Of a stretch of DNA of 64,000 bases, positions 25,781 through 38,399 are shown piece by piece. The DNA comes from Epiperipatus broadwayi (taxonomy: Eukaryota > Animalia > Onychophora), in contig JAQFVV010000002.1 of assembly GCA_028023455.1 (NCBI GenBank), positions 24,428,001 to 24,492,000 on the forward strand. The letters are read 5' to 3'. The position numbers were made by a program, and so were the translations under genes. A model generated the notes under the pieces. The model was not told where the DNA came from, did no database searches, and worked only from the letters and a program-made list of their open reading frames with translations. Position 1 is the first letter of the stretch. The number at the start of each line of letters is the position of its first letter.

Positions 25781-27157
25781 TAAATTTTTTTTTTTCAGAA
25801 ATTATTTGTAAAATGTAAATTATTTTAGAAGAATGATTTAGATTTTAATGGACAAAAATTTGTAAATTTCTTTTCTGGCTTAAAATCCTACTGAGTCTTA
25901 AATTCAGGGGTAAACTTTTTTTCCAAATTTTATTCTGGGGGGTGCGTATTAAATTTGGGGGCATCTTATATTCGATATAATGTTTTTTTACCAACATGTT
26001 AAATGACTAAAGTTATATTTTCAAGTTAATCTTCTTTAATTTACAAATTTTATTTCATGGAATTGGGGGGGTGGGTTCAAATTTATCTTGCATCAAAGCA
26101 CCTCTTACCCACACAATGGCATCAGTTCAACAGACCAAAACCTCACAAATAAAATCCTTTCACAATGCATAAACTCAACAAAAAAAAAATCATAAGTGAT
26201 TTTAAAATATATAATGACAATTTTCAATATTACTAATGTATTTTTGCAATTACCTTGTGACACTGATGCACTTTAAACATAAAAAAAATGTTGCATTTTC
26301 AGTTTAAATATAAATTTTAAAACAATCAAAAAGGAACAAATTGTAGTTATTACTTGCCATTTGAAAATACAATTTCTAAAAATGTTAGTAAAACTTTTAG
26401 TATAAAATTGTGAGTAATCAAATGAAATTTTTAAAGAACAAATAAAAAATTTAATGTAAGTTTATTTAGAGAAAATGAATTTGCAATGAGATCACATTCT
26501 AAAACAAATTTTTAATATTAACCATGAAATGATAAACTAAAACTACTTATTTTCTGATTTTAAAGGAGTAAAAGATTCAAAGCAACTGAACAAAGCTGTG
26601 AAAAATAAAAAGGAAATGGTATTTTTAATTTATAGAAGTGAAATTCAGAAATATATTGACTACTTTTATGACCAATTATTTGAAAATTAATATACAAGAT
26701 ATCCTTTTATTTTGCTTCATTCAGTAAAAATTGATTTGCACTTGAATGAAAATTTTTGATAGCAAATAATAAGATGATAAAAAATGAAAATATTTAATTA
26801 TCTTTTTGTTTTTAAAGTGAATGTAAAGAAAAAAAAGAACAAACAATTTTATCTTCTGAGCTTAATTATAATTTTTTAAAAAAAAAAAAAATTCATATTC
26901 ATTTTTATCTTTATGTTCTTAAATTAATATTCTTTAACTGTCTATGTATATTTGTATCAGTATATATAAGAAAATGCTGGATTATTATATTATATTGATA
27001 TTATTATCATTATTTCTATAAAAATTTGGCTTATATTGATCACAGATTTCATTATATGGAACCAATAAAACATCTGCAGTTTTATAAATTAAATTAGAAG
27101 ATTAAATATTTTTTGAATATTATACATTATTATATTATTATTATTATTATTATTATT

Positions 27158-27628
27158 ATAGGTGATTCATTTTATTCCTGCATAAATACTATATCTTGTA
27201 TTGGAGAGGAAAGTATTCATTTATTATTATTAACACTCGCAAAAGCGCATGCACAATTAGCTTGAAAGGCTGATATTTGAATGTAATACAATTGTAAACA
27301 TGCGCTATATAAAAAATAAATGCTTATTTACATATGATTAAGTTTCAGTTAGAGTGACGTTTAGTAAATTCTAGACAATTTCACCAACGTCATTCATTCA
27401 GACATCGTATATAGTAATTTAAAGTGAGTGGTCCATCCTCACGCTTTCCTTGCCAGTACTTCAGATTTTCTCATATATAAGCATTTGAGTTGTAGGAATA
27501 GGCGATTCATTTTATTCCTGCATAAATACTATATCTTGTATTGGAAAGAAAGTATTCATTTATTATTATTAACACTCACAAAAGCGCATGCACAATTAGC
27601 TTGAAAGGCTGATATTTGAATGTAATAT
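27158..27628. repeat. 130-bp direct repeats (period 340 bp) around a core homologous to the 10.9-kb fold-back spacer
   Basis: ATAGG(T/C)GATTCATTTTATTCCTGC...GAATGTAATA at 27158 and 27498; the core is AATTTCACCAACGTCATTCATTCA...AGTAATTTAAAGTGA. Confidence 0.85.
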
Positions 27629-29169
27629 AATCTTGGATATGATTAGTTACAATTGCAGAATTTACTGACATATGTAATGATTAAAAGAAATAAAAAATGT
27701 TTTTCACACTTAAGAATTGAGAAGCCACATTTAAACTTGTCCAAAATTGCAGTTCAGATTCTTGTTTAGAGGGGAAAAAATGGATAAAATCAAGTTAAAC
27801 AATTGTTTTATTCATTTACACTTCAGTCATTCAACCGTTGTAGAATAAATATGAACCAATCCATAATTAGTTGAAATTAGATTGACATAATTTGATCCAA
27901 CAAAAAGTGATTATTTAATTATCAGTGTAATAAAAATATTTTTTTCCATTGTTTATTATGTCACGATCATAAATTAGAAGTTTTTTTAAAATAATTCATT
28001 ATAAGTTTTCAAAGTTTCCAGTTTCAATAAATTGCTTATTTAATTTTTTTGTTGTTGTTGGAATTTTATTCACATCAAATATTTAAATCTTTACAAAAAT
28101 TTAGAATATTTTATAGTACATATTGAAATAATATTTATGTCTACACAAATTCTATTTCATTGCCTTTGTATTATCAATTTAAAAACATAATGTCATTTTT
28201 ACTCATTTTGAATGCTCTTAAATATTTTCACTTGATTAAAACAGATTTAGTCAATATAACCCCACCACAAACACACGCAACTGTAAAGGTAAGAATAAAA
28301 TGGAAAAAAAGATCTCTTTATCGGTTGATTGCTTGTTAGTGAAGATTACAAATAAATATAAACTTTATATAGTAGAGGTTATTATCAAAAAGAATTTTTT
28401 TATTTAATATTTTTAAAGCAAACACGTATGAAATATTGTTTTATATAATTAAATGGGGTTTTTTTGAAAAGAAAAAAAAAGAAAGAAAAAAGAGCATCTA
28501 TTTACACACACAAAAAAAAAAAGTAGAAAAACTGCTTTGTCAGATAAATTATTCATGAAGATATAATTATTAATAGTTTGTCGGTAAAGTTCTAGGATTC
28601 CATAATTATACATTTTGAAACTAGTAGATAAAACTAAACTACAACAAATAAATACAAATGAAAAATAATTTATTGTAATTTCAATGTAGATTGCATCAAA
28701 ATAAAACATGTAACATAACTTACTACTTCAGAATGAACGGAAGAAAGCCAGAAATGGAATTTGTTATCACTCATTTAATAAAATCAAAAAAATTAAATAG
28801 TTTTATATGTATATAAATGTAACAGCCAGTCATAAGCAAATCCTCAATTTCAAGGAGGAGAAAAAAACCCGGAAATGAGTTTGGTGATGAATATACAAAT
28901 AAATCTAATAGTGACAAATGTATATATATATACAACACATTTCCCCCAAAATACGTCAGTCCTACATTAATTTTTGCTCTAAAAGACACCTTAGGGCTTA
29001 TTTTCAGAGGAAGTCTTATTTTTTCATAGATAAAAATCTATATTTATTCCAAGTACAAAAATGTACATTTATTCAAATACTTTTTTTTACAGAAAACTGT
29101 AAGATTCTTACCCTGAGAGCTCCCCACATATTCTCTCTTATACTCACTGGAAGTGTTGCAGGAGTTATC

Positions 29170-29840
29170 AGATGAAAGTAGGACTAAAGATAAATGTTAA
29201 AAAGACTAAAGTAATGTTTAATAGATTTTCTCAAAATATGAAAATAAAGATTGATTATGATGAGTTAGAATAAGTTAACAGTTACAATTACCTTGGTCAG
29301 ATTATTAATACAGATGAAAATATAATGGATGAAATTAATCATAGAGTTAAACTTGGTTGGAGTGCTTTTGGTAGAAATAACTTGATACTAAAAGTAAATA
29401 TGCCTATGTGTTTGAAAAGGAAGGTTTTTAATAAATGTGATTTGCCAGTGCTTACTTATGGATCTGAGACTTGGACACTTAATAGAAGAGCAATACAGAG
29501 ACTTCAGACCACTCAAAGAAGTATGGAGAGAAGCATGTTGGGAGGAACAAGAAGGGATCAAAAACGTAATGTATGGGTACCTCATTGAAAAAATTAAAAG
29601 ACTAAAATGGAGTTGGGCTGGACATATTGTTACAAGAGATGATAATAGATGGACAATTGAAATTTTAAATTGGATTCCAGGAGATTGTAAAAGACCCAGA
29701 ATGAGACCACATATGAGATGGATGGATGAAATAAGAAAGTGTGCAGGGGTGAAGTGGAGAAGAGAAGCTAAAGATAGGAAAAGATGGATTGAACTTGGAG
29801 AGACCTTCATCCTACAGTGGATTGAAAATGATGATGATAC
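29170..29840 (+). mobile_element. 5'-truncated RTE-clade LINE, RT C-terminal part with (GAT)n tail
   Basis: VGLKINVKKTKVM...YNYLGQ...LKRKVFNKCDLPVLTYGSETWTL...LKWSWAGHIVTRDDNRWT...WMDEIRKCAG...FILQW; one frameshift near 29580. Confidence 0.92.
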
Positions 29841-31269
29841 TCACTGGAATAGCTTTTTTCTTGTGTACTCATCTTATCTGGGGATCAAAATATTATTCCA
29901 TTAATATTTACCATTAAATCAAGTGTTAATTGAAGACTTGTGCAATAGGAGTGATAACAAAAATGATTACATTGTTTGTCCACACAAAAGCAACAAAAAA
30001 AATGCAAGCACAAAAATATTTAAAATGTTTCTGTATTTCACATGTGCACATTAAGTACATCCATTACAACACACAGCTTATTGAATTATGACACAACCAC
30101 ATCCAAGTATGCACATTGTAAACACTTTCCAAATTATTCATAATAGTCCTACTTAGGTATTCTTTTTAAAAACTTTTCTTTAAGAGAAAGACTGATGATT
30201 TAACATAAGCTAAACTTTGATTATTAAAAATGTTTAAGAAATCAAACTATAATTTTTCTTTTATCTTGAAAATTTAAAAGCTACCATGCTGAAAATCTAG
30301 AACTAACTCAAGCATGAATTGAAATTACAAATAGTCTGATACATTGGCTTGCAATAGATAAACTGTTTCTCTATATGGGTGAATTATGTTTGTCGAAAAT
30401 GGCTGGTAGGAAAATACAAAAGAACCATATACTTTATATTATCATTTATATAAAGCATTAATGTCAATAATATTTATTTATATATTCATTACTTTATGAT
30501 TCAATACATCCATCATCTGTTTCAATGAGCCAAACAAAAGCCATCTATCTGGCTGATGATCTTAACTAAGGCTTATATTATAAGCAAACTGAAAAATCAT
30601 TCCAGGGCTTGTTTTCTGGTTAGGTCTTATTTTCAAGGAAACATGGTAGAAAACACTGGTTCATTTTTCTATTTACTTGGGAATGAAGTTTTTTAACCAA
30701 ATCTAATTGTAGTTCCTTTATATATTTATCCTCCGCTATATCTTCCCAATGGAAACACACAACACTGCATTTCGTTAGTATGTCTTTGCCACAATCCTTA
30801 TAATAAAAATGGGTCTGCCTCTCCTATGATAACTATGCTCATAAAGTTTACTATAAAATGTCATTTTAGGGATTCTAATATTGCTAATTTGTTTTACATA
30901 TTCAATCCACAAAAATGTGATTTCACAATAAGGAACACTAATATCTTATTCAATAAGTTGAAAAAACAGTGATTGGTTTTATGATCTTGCCATTATAATT
31001 TTGAAGTTTTGTGGAGCATCATTATGTGAAACCTTTTCTAATACTTAATAGAATATTCGAGTCTCACCTCCATACAATAAATTAAGTAAAATAATAGCTT
31101 TATATATAGCTAACTTAGTAGCAAGGTGTGTATAAACAGTGAAAAAATATTAACGATTTGCAAGTATTTACACTATGATTAGAATAAAAATAAGAATTGA
31201 TATATTATTCTAAGATAGGCGATAGCTCATGATTTTGCTTATTCAAAATAATTAATCATTTGCCTTATA

Positions 31270-31903
31270 GTAATAGATTTCTAACTATAAGATATTTCCA
31301 CTGATTCATAAATCGAAAGATTTCGTGAGTATTGATGTGTAATAAGAAATATGGACTTAATCAGTGAAGTATTGAATAGCTTCACGCTCTCAGATCTAAC
31401 CAGTTCAGGTTCACCTATTTATATAGAAAGTAGGTTGAAGTAAAGAAGGGTTCCCCTCTTTTTTTTCAAAATGTAGGCTTGTGGTTAAGACCTGTAGAGG
31501 TCCCTACTATCGCATGTTTATGCGCATATTCTTGATGTTATAGCCTTAGTAAATATTACTTATGTAATTAACATGCATTTAAATAAATTTATAATAACAA
31601 CTTTAAATTGTAATAGATTTCTAACTATAAGATCTTTCCATTGACTCGTTGTAAATTGAAAGATTTTGCGAGTATTGATGTGTAATAAGAAATGTAGACT
31701 TAATCAGTGAAGTATTGAATAGCTTCACACTCTCAGATCTAAGCGCTTCAGCTTCACCTATTTATATAGAAAGTAGGTTGAAGTAAAGAAGGGTTCCCTT
31801 CTTTTCTTCCAAGGTGTAAGCTTGTGGTTAAGACCTGTAGAGGTCCCTACTATTGCATTTTTATGTGCATATTCTTGAGGTTATAGCCTTAGTAAATATT
31901 ACT
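31270..31903. repeat. Tandem duplication of an about 290-bp TE-like unit (period 340 bp)
   Basis: 31270-31560 is repeated at 31610-31903; the AAGACCTGTAGAGGTCCCTA block resembles 13420-13450. Confidence 0.9.
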
Positions 31904-32580
31904 ATTGGTTAGTTTTAAATCTCAAGACAAAGAAATATTCTTCTTTAAAAAATACTTTTTATATTTCAAATTTTACCTGCAGAGTGACAAGACTTTTCCC
32001 AAACTTATTAAGATAATATTAATTTAATTCTTCCATATAGTTCTTCCCATTGAGTGAATACATTCCATAGTCTTCAGAGCTTTTTTGCTACGTTTATATT
32101 AATTATTGTGAATAATATTCAAAAATTATAGTTGAAATTTTAATTAACATATAGAAAATCTTACCAGTAAAAAAAAAAAAAATTAACATGGTGGCTAACA
32201 AAAAAATATTTTTGATGTGAGATTAACTACAGTGAAGAAATTTTCAATTCGATCTTGGATATTTTTTTTGTCAATAAATTTGATATAATTAAATACAGTA
32301 TGTTCTTTTTCTATTACTATATTTATGTCTTTAGTAATTATATGTAATAATTATTTTTTAATTAAATTATTTAATAGGCTTTTTTGCTTCTAATTTTTAA
32401 AATATATAATTCAAGATGAAAGACAGACTAATGGGCACTATGTATGCTTTAAATCCGCATCAGTAAAATAACATTAAACATGTTTTAAATTTTTTTAATC
32501 TCGTTTACTTTTTTGTAAAGGAAGATATATAAAATAAAAATGTGATAAAAATATTTTTTTAAAACCAAAATAAAAATAAA

Positions 32581-32688
32581 TTGTCAAGCATTGGTGGTTG
32601 AGTGGTCAGCACAGCTGTCTTAAAAGAAGTTGCCCCAGGCTTGCTGGTTCACTTCCTGGTCGATGCTTTGACACATGGGGGAAAAAAA
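32581..32688 (+). mobile_element. tRNA-Gly-derived SINE copy
   Basis: TTGTCAAGCATTGGTGGTTGAGTGGTCAGCACAGCTG...GGTTCACTTCCTGGTCGATGCTTTGACACATGG plus an A-rich tail; same family as 5859. Confidence 0.8.
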
Positions 32689-32979
32689 TACAAATCAATC
32701 AATCTGAAATCACATAAAAACACTCAAACAAAAGTACAGAGGACAAACAACTTGTATTACACAATGCAAAGTAATAAGGATTAAAATCATTATTTGAGAG
32801 TTCTTGGTTTTTGTCCCTTTTGGATTAAAATATTTTTCAGATTTAAGCAAAGCCACTCAAATATATGTTTGCAATTATAATGATAAAAAAGAAAAAAATG
32901 CTTCAAAAATATTTCCATTCTTACTGCCTTACAAAAATATTAATTAAAAATAAATTAAAACAGTATTAATTGCACAAAA

Positions 32980-33074
32980 TTGTCAGAGCGACTGCCTTGT
33001 ACTTGCAGGCAGTTGCCCGGGTTGCGGGTTCGCGTCCCGGCCGATGGTATGACACTTTAAAAAAAAAAAAAAAA
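32980..33074 (+). mobile_element. tRNA-Gly-derived SINE copy lacking most of the 5' half
   Basis: ...CTGCC...GGCAGTTGCCCGGGTTGCGGGTTCGCGTCCCGGCCGATGGTATGACAC plus poly(A). Confidence 0.75.
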
Positions 33075-34138
33075 CCAAATAATTGAAATGTAATCTGTTG
33101 AAAATAATTTATTAATGAATATTGCTTTAAAAAGATATCAGAATAAATACATTGAACAAAATTACATGTAATAAGCATAATTATTAGTAAATATTGTTTT
33201 AAAAAATAATTACAAAAATAAATAACTACATAAAAATTAAATTTATTACTTATGAATGGATGGACATATGATGTACAAAAGACCAGACATTGCATAATTC
33301 ACTTTCATTGTTTTTATGATAACATTTTGATATAAACACTTGAGAAATTGCAAACCCTTTGTTTTTATATTTGTATATACACTAGAAGCAATAACAAACT
33401 GAAATGACATAAAGGCAAAACTCTCCATACAGTAGTAAGCATAAAGAATGGTGATCATGTGATGTTTAGTGGTTTAAACTGAAATGAGTTTTAACAATTC
33501 AACTTTGTTTTAAAGAGCTAATTAAAAAATGACTGAATATTTGAAATTTGTATCACTTTTTTTTATTCTCAATTAGTTAAAAATAGACTTTTAGTGTCAA
33601 AGTGCAAATTTTTGCTCTTTCATATTAATCACAGCTGCAAATCAATACATATGATACCTTGACTAACCTTCTAACAATTGAGCTTTTTCAGAGAAAAACA
33701 GTGAGCTGAAACCAATGCTCTTCAGTATGCTTTTCATGATGGCTGACAGAAGTGTGTATCTAGATATTTGTTTCTGTTCTGATTTGTTTTGGAAAATAAA
33801 CTTTTAGCATGGAAATGCAACTTTTTTTAGTTTTAAATAATGGAGCAGTATAAAATCAATATGTATCACAACAGTTAATCACATAATAATACAGATAAGT
33901 ATGTTTTGATCTGATTTTTTTTAATAATTCAAACTTTTCACTAACCCTTAATTGTTATGCACCAGTATCCAACACTAACATGTAAATTTGTCAACTGTTA
34001 ATTTAAAACGTGTTTCAGTGCATTTGTCTATCTTCTTAGAAATGTTAGATGCAGAAAATGTATGTGATTTTTGCATAATTACACCAACATATTTATTGAG
34101 TGCAGTGTAGGTACTGGTACATAGTATTTGTATAACAT

Positions 34139-34291
34139 ATTTAAACTCATACTGAACCCTGAATTTATTCTCTACTGACAATTTGATGATTGTCTTAAGG
34201 GAAAAAGAAAAAAGATAACTGTGCAGCAGTATTTCATTCTTTAAGACAATCATTAAATCATCAATAAATTCAAGATTCAGTATGAGTTTAA
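34139..34291. repeat. Fold-back of about 155 bp
   Basis: ATTTAAACTCATACTGAA...GATGATTGTCTTAAG versus CTTTAAGACAATCATT...TTCAGTATGAGTTTAAAT; flanked by ATAACAT on both sides. Confidence 0.8.
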
Positions 34292-34651
34292 ATAACATGC
34301 TGTCAAAACAATTTATCACTTGGCAGTTACACTACATAAATGAAAACCTTGTGGCATTTAGCTGCCATTGTTCATTTTTAAATATCAAAATTTACCATTT
34401 ATTTAAATTCCTTTTATGAAACATAGAGATGTAAGTTCACTTTTATTTTATGCTATATCATCTTAAAAACGGACATTTAATAATAGTATCTAATTAATTT
34501 CTTGGCAAGATACAATACCGGCATATTAATTAGGTAGTTTCTATAAGTCATAACAACTGAGGATAGTAAGTGCACTATAAAAATTGCAAGCATCATATAA
34601 ATTTTTGTGATACCATTTATGGTTGACCTAAAAGAATATTTGAAAAATATA

Positions 34652-35131
34652 GAATCAATGATGACTGCCAATTTCTCAACAAGCTTTGTGATAAATGTTT
34701 TGCCAGAGCCAGCATTTAAAATATCTCCTTCAGGACACACACCCCAAATCTCTGACCATGGTTTCGTGTTTTGGCACTCCTCAGAGAGGTGCTAGGGTAG
34801 GTTCAGACACTAGATCTAAAAATACCAACCCAAAGCCAGCATTTATCTAGAAGTTATCTATTGAGAGGAAAATCTGAAATTTTCAGACACCTACGTGTCT
34901 TCAAACCCAGCTATTCAACTCAAACAGCTATATGGGGCTGATAGATCTTCAGCCATACCATATATTAATAGTCTTAGCAATATAACATTGCATCAAACCC
35001 AAGGCAGAGACTATAATAAAAATAAGTCATAGATCACATGACCCAATTCTCTTAAGCTTGTAAGATATAATCCTCATTGATTATATCTTGCAAGCTTAAG
35101 AGAATTGGGTCATGTGATCTATGACTCTTAT
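34652..35131. mobile_element. ATAGATCACATGACC-family element ending in a near-perfect 115-bp palindrome
   Basis: 34665-34810 is homologous to the 37.2-kb arm; palindrome at 35019-35134; a 13-bp direct repeat TTTGA(A/C)AAATATA at 34639-34651 and 35132-35144. Confidence 0.7.
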
Positions 35132-35881
35132 TTTGACAAATATATGTTTTGAATTTGTACATCTTAAAATAATGTGATTACATCTATTATAGCTAATTTT
35201 AAAAATAAGCATAATTGGGTAAATTTAAGTATTTCCTTGTTTGATTATATATATTTTATATGTGTATTTAATTTTGCACAGAGGGTTATAAACACTTTAA
35301 ATTTTCATAATGGGCTCTATTGTTAAAACAAAAAATGTCTTTTTCTTAAAAAGAATTACATTATCATAGATATAGATAATAGGAAAGATATTGTATAAAA
35401 AAATATCTGACAATATAAGATGAATAAATAAAATTGCAAAAAAAAAAAAAAAGTGACTTAAACATGTATAATTCTTTATGTATCACATATATGGTTTTTT
35501 TCTATAGCTTATAAACCTACATGAACTTTTTAATTTCTAATATTTTTATTTAATATTTTATTCAGTCTCTGTTATTGAACTAGCAGCTTTTGAGATGGCA
35601 GTATTGCTGACATATAAATCTTACTTTTTCAATCAATTGTTTCAAGTAATTCCCCATAGTAAATCTTTTTCAATCTATTTAATTTCTATTCTTTAATTAT
35701 GTTTTTTATCAAGTTCTTGTTGATATTGTTGTTTCTCTTTTCAATCACTAAATTATTATAGCTCGTGTTTGAATACGTAATTTAAATTATAAATGTTGTT
35801 ACTTTATAAAGAACATAATATTATTTCATTTGAATTTATATATAATCAAATTCGTAATATCTTGAGTAGAAGTAATATTTC

Positions 35882-35985
35882 TTTTTTTTTCCATGTGTCA
35901 TAGCATCGGCCGGGAAGCGAATCCGCTAACCCGGGACAACTGCTTGTAAAGCAGCTGTGCTGACCTCTCAACCACCAACGCTTGA
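35882..35985 (-). mobile_element. tRNA-Gly-derived SINE copy
   Basis: The minus strand reads CAAGCGTTGGTGGTTGAGAGGTCAGCACAGCTGCTTTACAAGCAGTTGTCCCGGGTTAGCGGATTCGCTTCCCGGCCGATGCTATGACACATGG-A(n). Confidence 0.85.
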
Positions 35986-36689
35986 GTGGATGAAATTTTA
36001 TATCCTTTCTACGTTTGATATTCTCCAAAAGTTTCTATATGAATATTCTTTATTGAGAAAGACTTTTTTGTATTGAGTTTTAATATTTCAAGTTTAAAAT
36101 ATTCAATTCACTAATTTTATTGATTATATATGCTATCTACATCTGGCCTTCCAGATAAGTAACAATATTACATAATTTACAAATTAATAATTCAAAAAAT
36201 ATCTAAATTACAAATCATGTAGACACTGTCATTCAATATGGGGGGGGGGTGTTCAAGAATTTATTAAAACGTGAGACCAAGACAATGCTAATTCAACATC
36301 TTCACATGTTCAAAATAATTCATTTATTTTTATCAAAGAAAAAAAGTATTTTACTTCATAATATTATTAAATTCTTGTGTCTAGTAAATGTTTTCAGGGA
36401 GTATTTGTAATTTGCTTATTTTTAAGACTAACGGACATTTCAATATTCATAATTTTGATTGAACATCGCCTAAAGATGTTTATTTATTTCCTTTTTTCAC
36501 ATTATAAAATAATTTGGTAAAAATACAATCAACTTTGCCATTCTAAATTTCTTAAACAAAATAAAACACTATAAGATTTAATTAATAAATTAATTTTTCA
36601 GGTTCAAAAATCATGTAATAAATGTTCATATGACCTGTATTAACTAATGAAAATAATTTTAGAGCTGTGTTAATGCATACATACCTTTA

Positions 36690-37070
36690 TTCTTTTTCCA
36701 GGTATCAGATAAAAAATTGCCTCACAGAAAATGTTCAACCATGAATCTACAATCATAGACTTGCAAGATAAAAACATGAAATCTTATGAGGTTCCAAATA
36801 AATCCCTTTTTCCAGATCAAACAAGAAAGCCTGATAAATTTGGAATTCCTACACACAACTGGAGTCACACTAATGGACTTAAACAATCCATGATAATTGT
36901 ACCCATCAACTTCATAAATGGAATTTAACAGCTATTAACCTATGTAGATGTTAAAACACTTACACTGTTAATGACTCTTGAATCAATACTACAGCTACAG
37001 TTTAAAGGATTTAATGAATCTATTTCTTGGATGGAATCTCTACAGGTTTCTTTATGACAATTTATTAATA
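36690..37070 (+). mobile_element. 3' fragment of a Vingi/Ingi-like (I-group) LINE
   Basis: Homologous to 42050-42330; PNKSLFPDQTRKPDKFGIP followed by a degenerate HKWNL...C.C...HI zinc-knuckle-type region. Confidence 0.6.
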
Positions 37071-37122
37071 GTAGAGTTGTCTAAAAATTATCAACTAAAT
37101 AAAGCCATACATAAGCATGTAT

Positions 37123-37475
37123 TCAAAATGTCATAGATCACATGACTCTATTCTCTTAAGCTTGTAAGTTATAAACAATGAAAATTGCCAATTCCTCAAC
37201 AAACTTTGTGATAAATGCTTAGCTGGAGAAAGCATTTAAAATATCTGTCAGGACCCCCCCCCCCAAACCTCTGACCATGTTTTCATGCTTTGGCACTCCT
37301 CAGAGGTGCTAGAGTAGTGTCTGAACCTATTCTAGCACCTCTCTGAGGAGTGCCAAAGCATGAAACCATGATCAGAAGTTGGGGGGAGGGAGTCCTGACA
37401 GAGATATTTTAAATGCTTTCTCCAGCTAAGTATTTATCACAAAGCTTGTTGAGGAATTGGCAATACTAATTGTTT
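37123..37475. mobile_element. ATAGATCACATGA-family fold-back with about 130-bp arms
   Basis: Terminal motif at 37132; arms at about 37188-37315 and 37330-37463; a 12-bp direct repeat ATAAGCATGTAT at 37111-37122 and 37476-37487. Confidence 0.8.
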
Positions 37476-38399
37476 ATAAGCATGTATAGATTCATATTTT
37501 CTTAAAACCTAAACAATATTCAACATTTCTGTTTCTCTTCTTAAAGTTAAATTTCTTTCTTTAAAATACTGATGGTAGACAATGTTCTTATAACTTGTGA
37601 TAATAAGCTGAGCTAATAAAATAAATAACAAAATTAATAATTTGGCATATTGTCCAATGTGATCTGTATTTTGGAGAATAATTTCAAATTAAAAAGGCTA
37701 AAAATGTTTGAGGAGTATATAGAAAGAATAGTTAGATAGATAATATTATGAAATTTATTAAAAATTATTTAATGTATAAGTATATATCATCTTTGACATT
37801 GTTTTCAACACTTTTATATATAAAAAATTTTTTTTTTCCAATAAGAGTTTATTTAAGTTGTTAAACTTAGAAAGGTCACTTTAATTTTCAAATCTTGTAG
37901 CAGATATATCAATTTAGACAATGCTGTTTAGATAGAATACGTTTAAAAACAGACTTTAATCAAAAATGTCACCTTGTTAAGCAATTGAACCTTAACAAGA
38001 AGAGTTCATTCCCACCTGTCCAAGAAAATACCATGTTTATATCACACCCACACAACTTTGCTGTTTTAAGCATAGAAGTAGAATTAAAAATAGATTAAAT
38101 ATTTCACAACGATACATCAAACTTTTTTCTAGAATAGTGTTTTTTTTTGTCTTAATTTATAGCCTTTTAAAAATCAAAATAGCATTTACTTTAATACAAA
38201 CATAACAATTCTAAGTATATATATATAGTATTTCATTTCTTGTAGTCATTTTTATATTGTCAATTTATATTTATTTATTATATTGACTTATCGATTAATT
38301 AAAGAAATATATATAATATATTAATGTGCAAACATTTATCTGTGTGAATTTCCTCAAGTGTAAATCCACAACTACATATAAACTTTATCATTACATTTC

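Noticed and set aside
33975-34319. 114-aa ORF as a gene
   Set aside because: It runs through both arms of a fold-back and has no recognisable motif.
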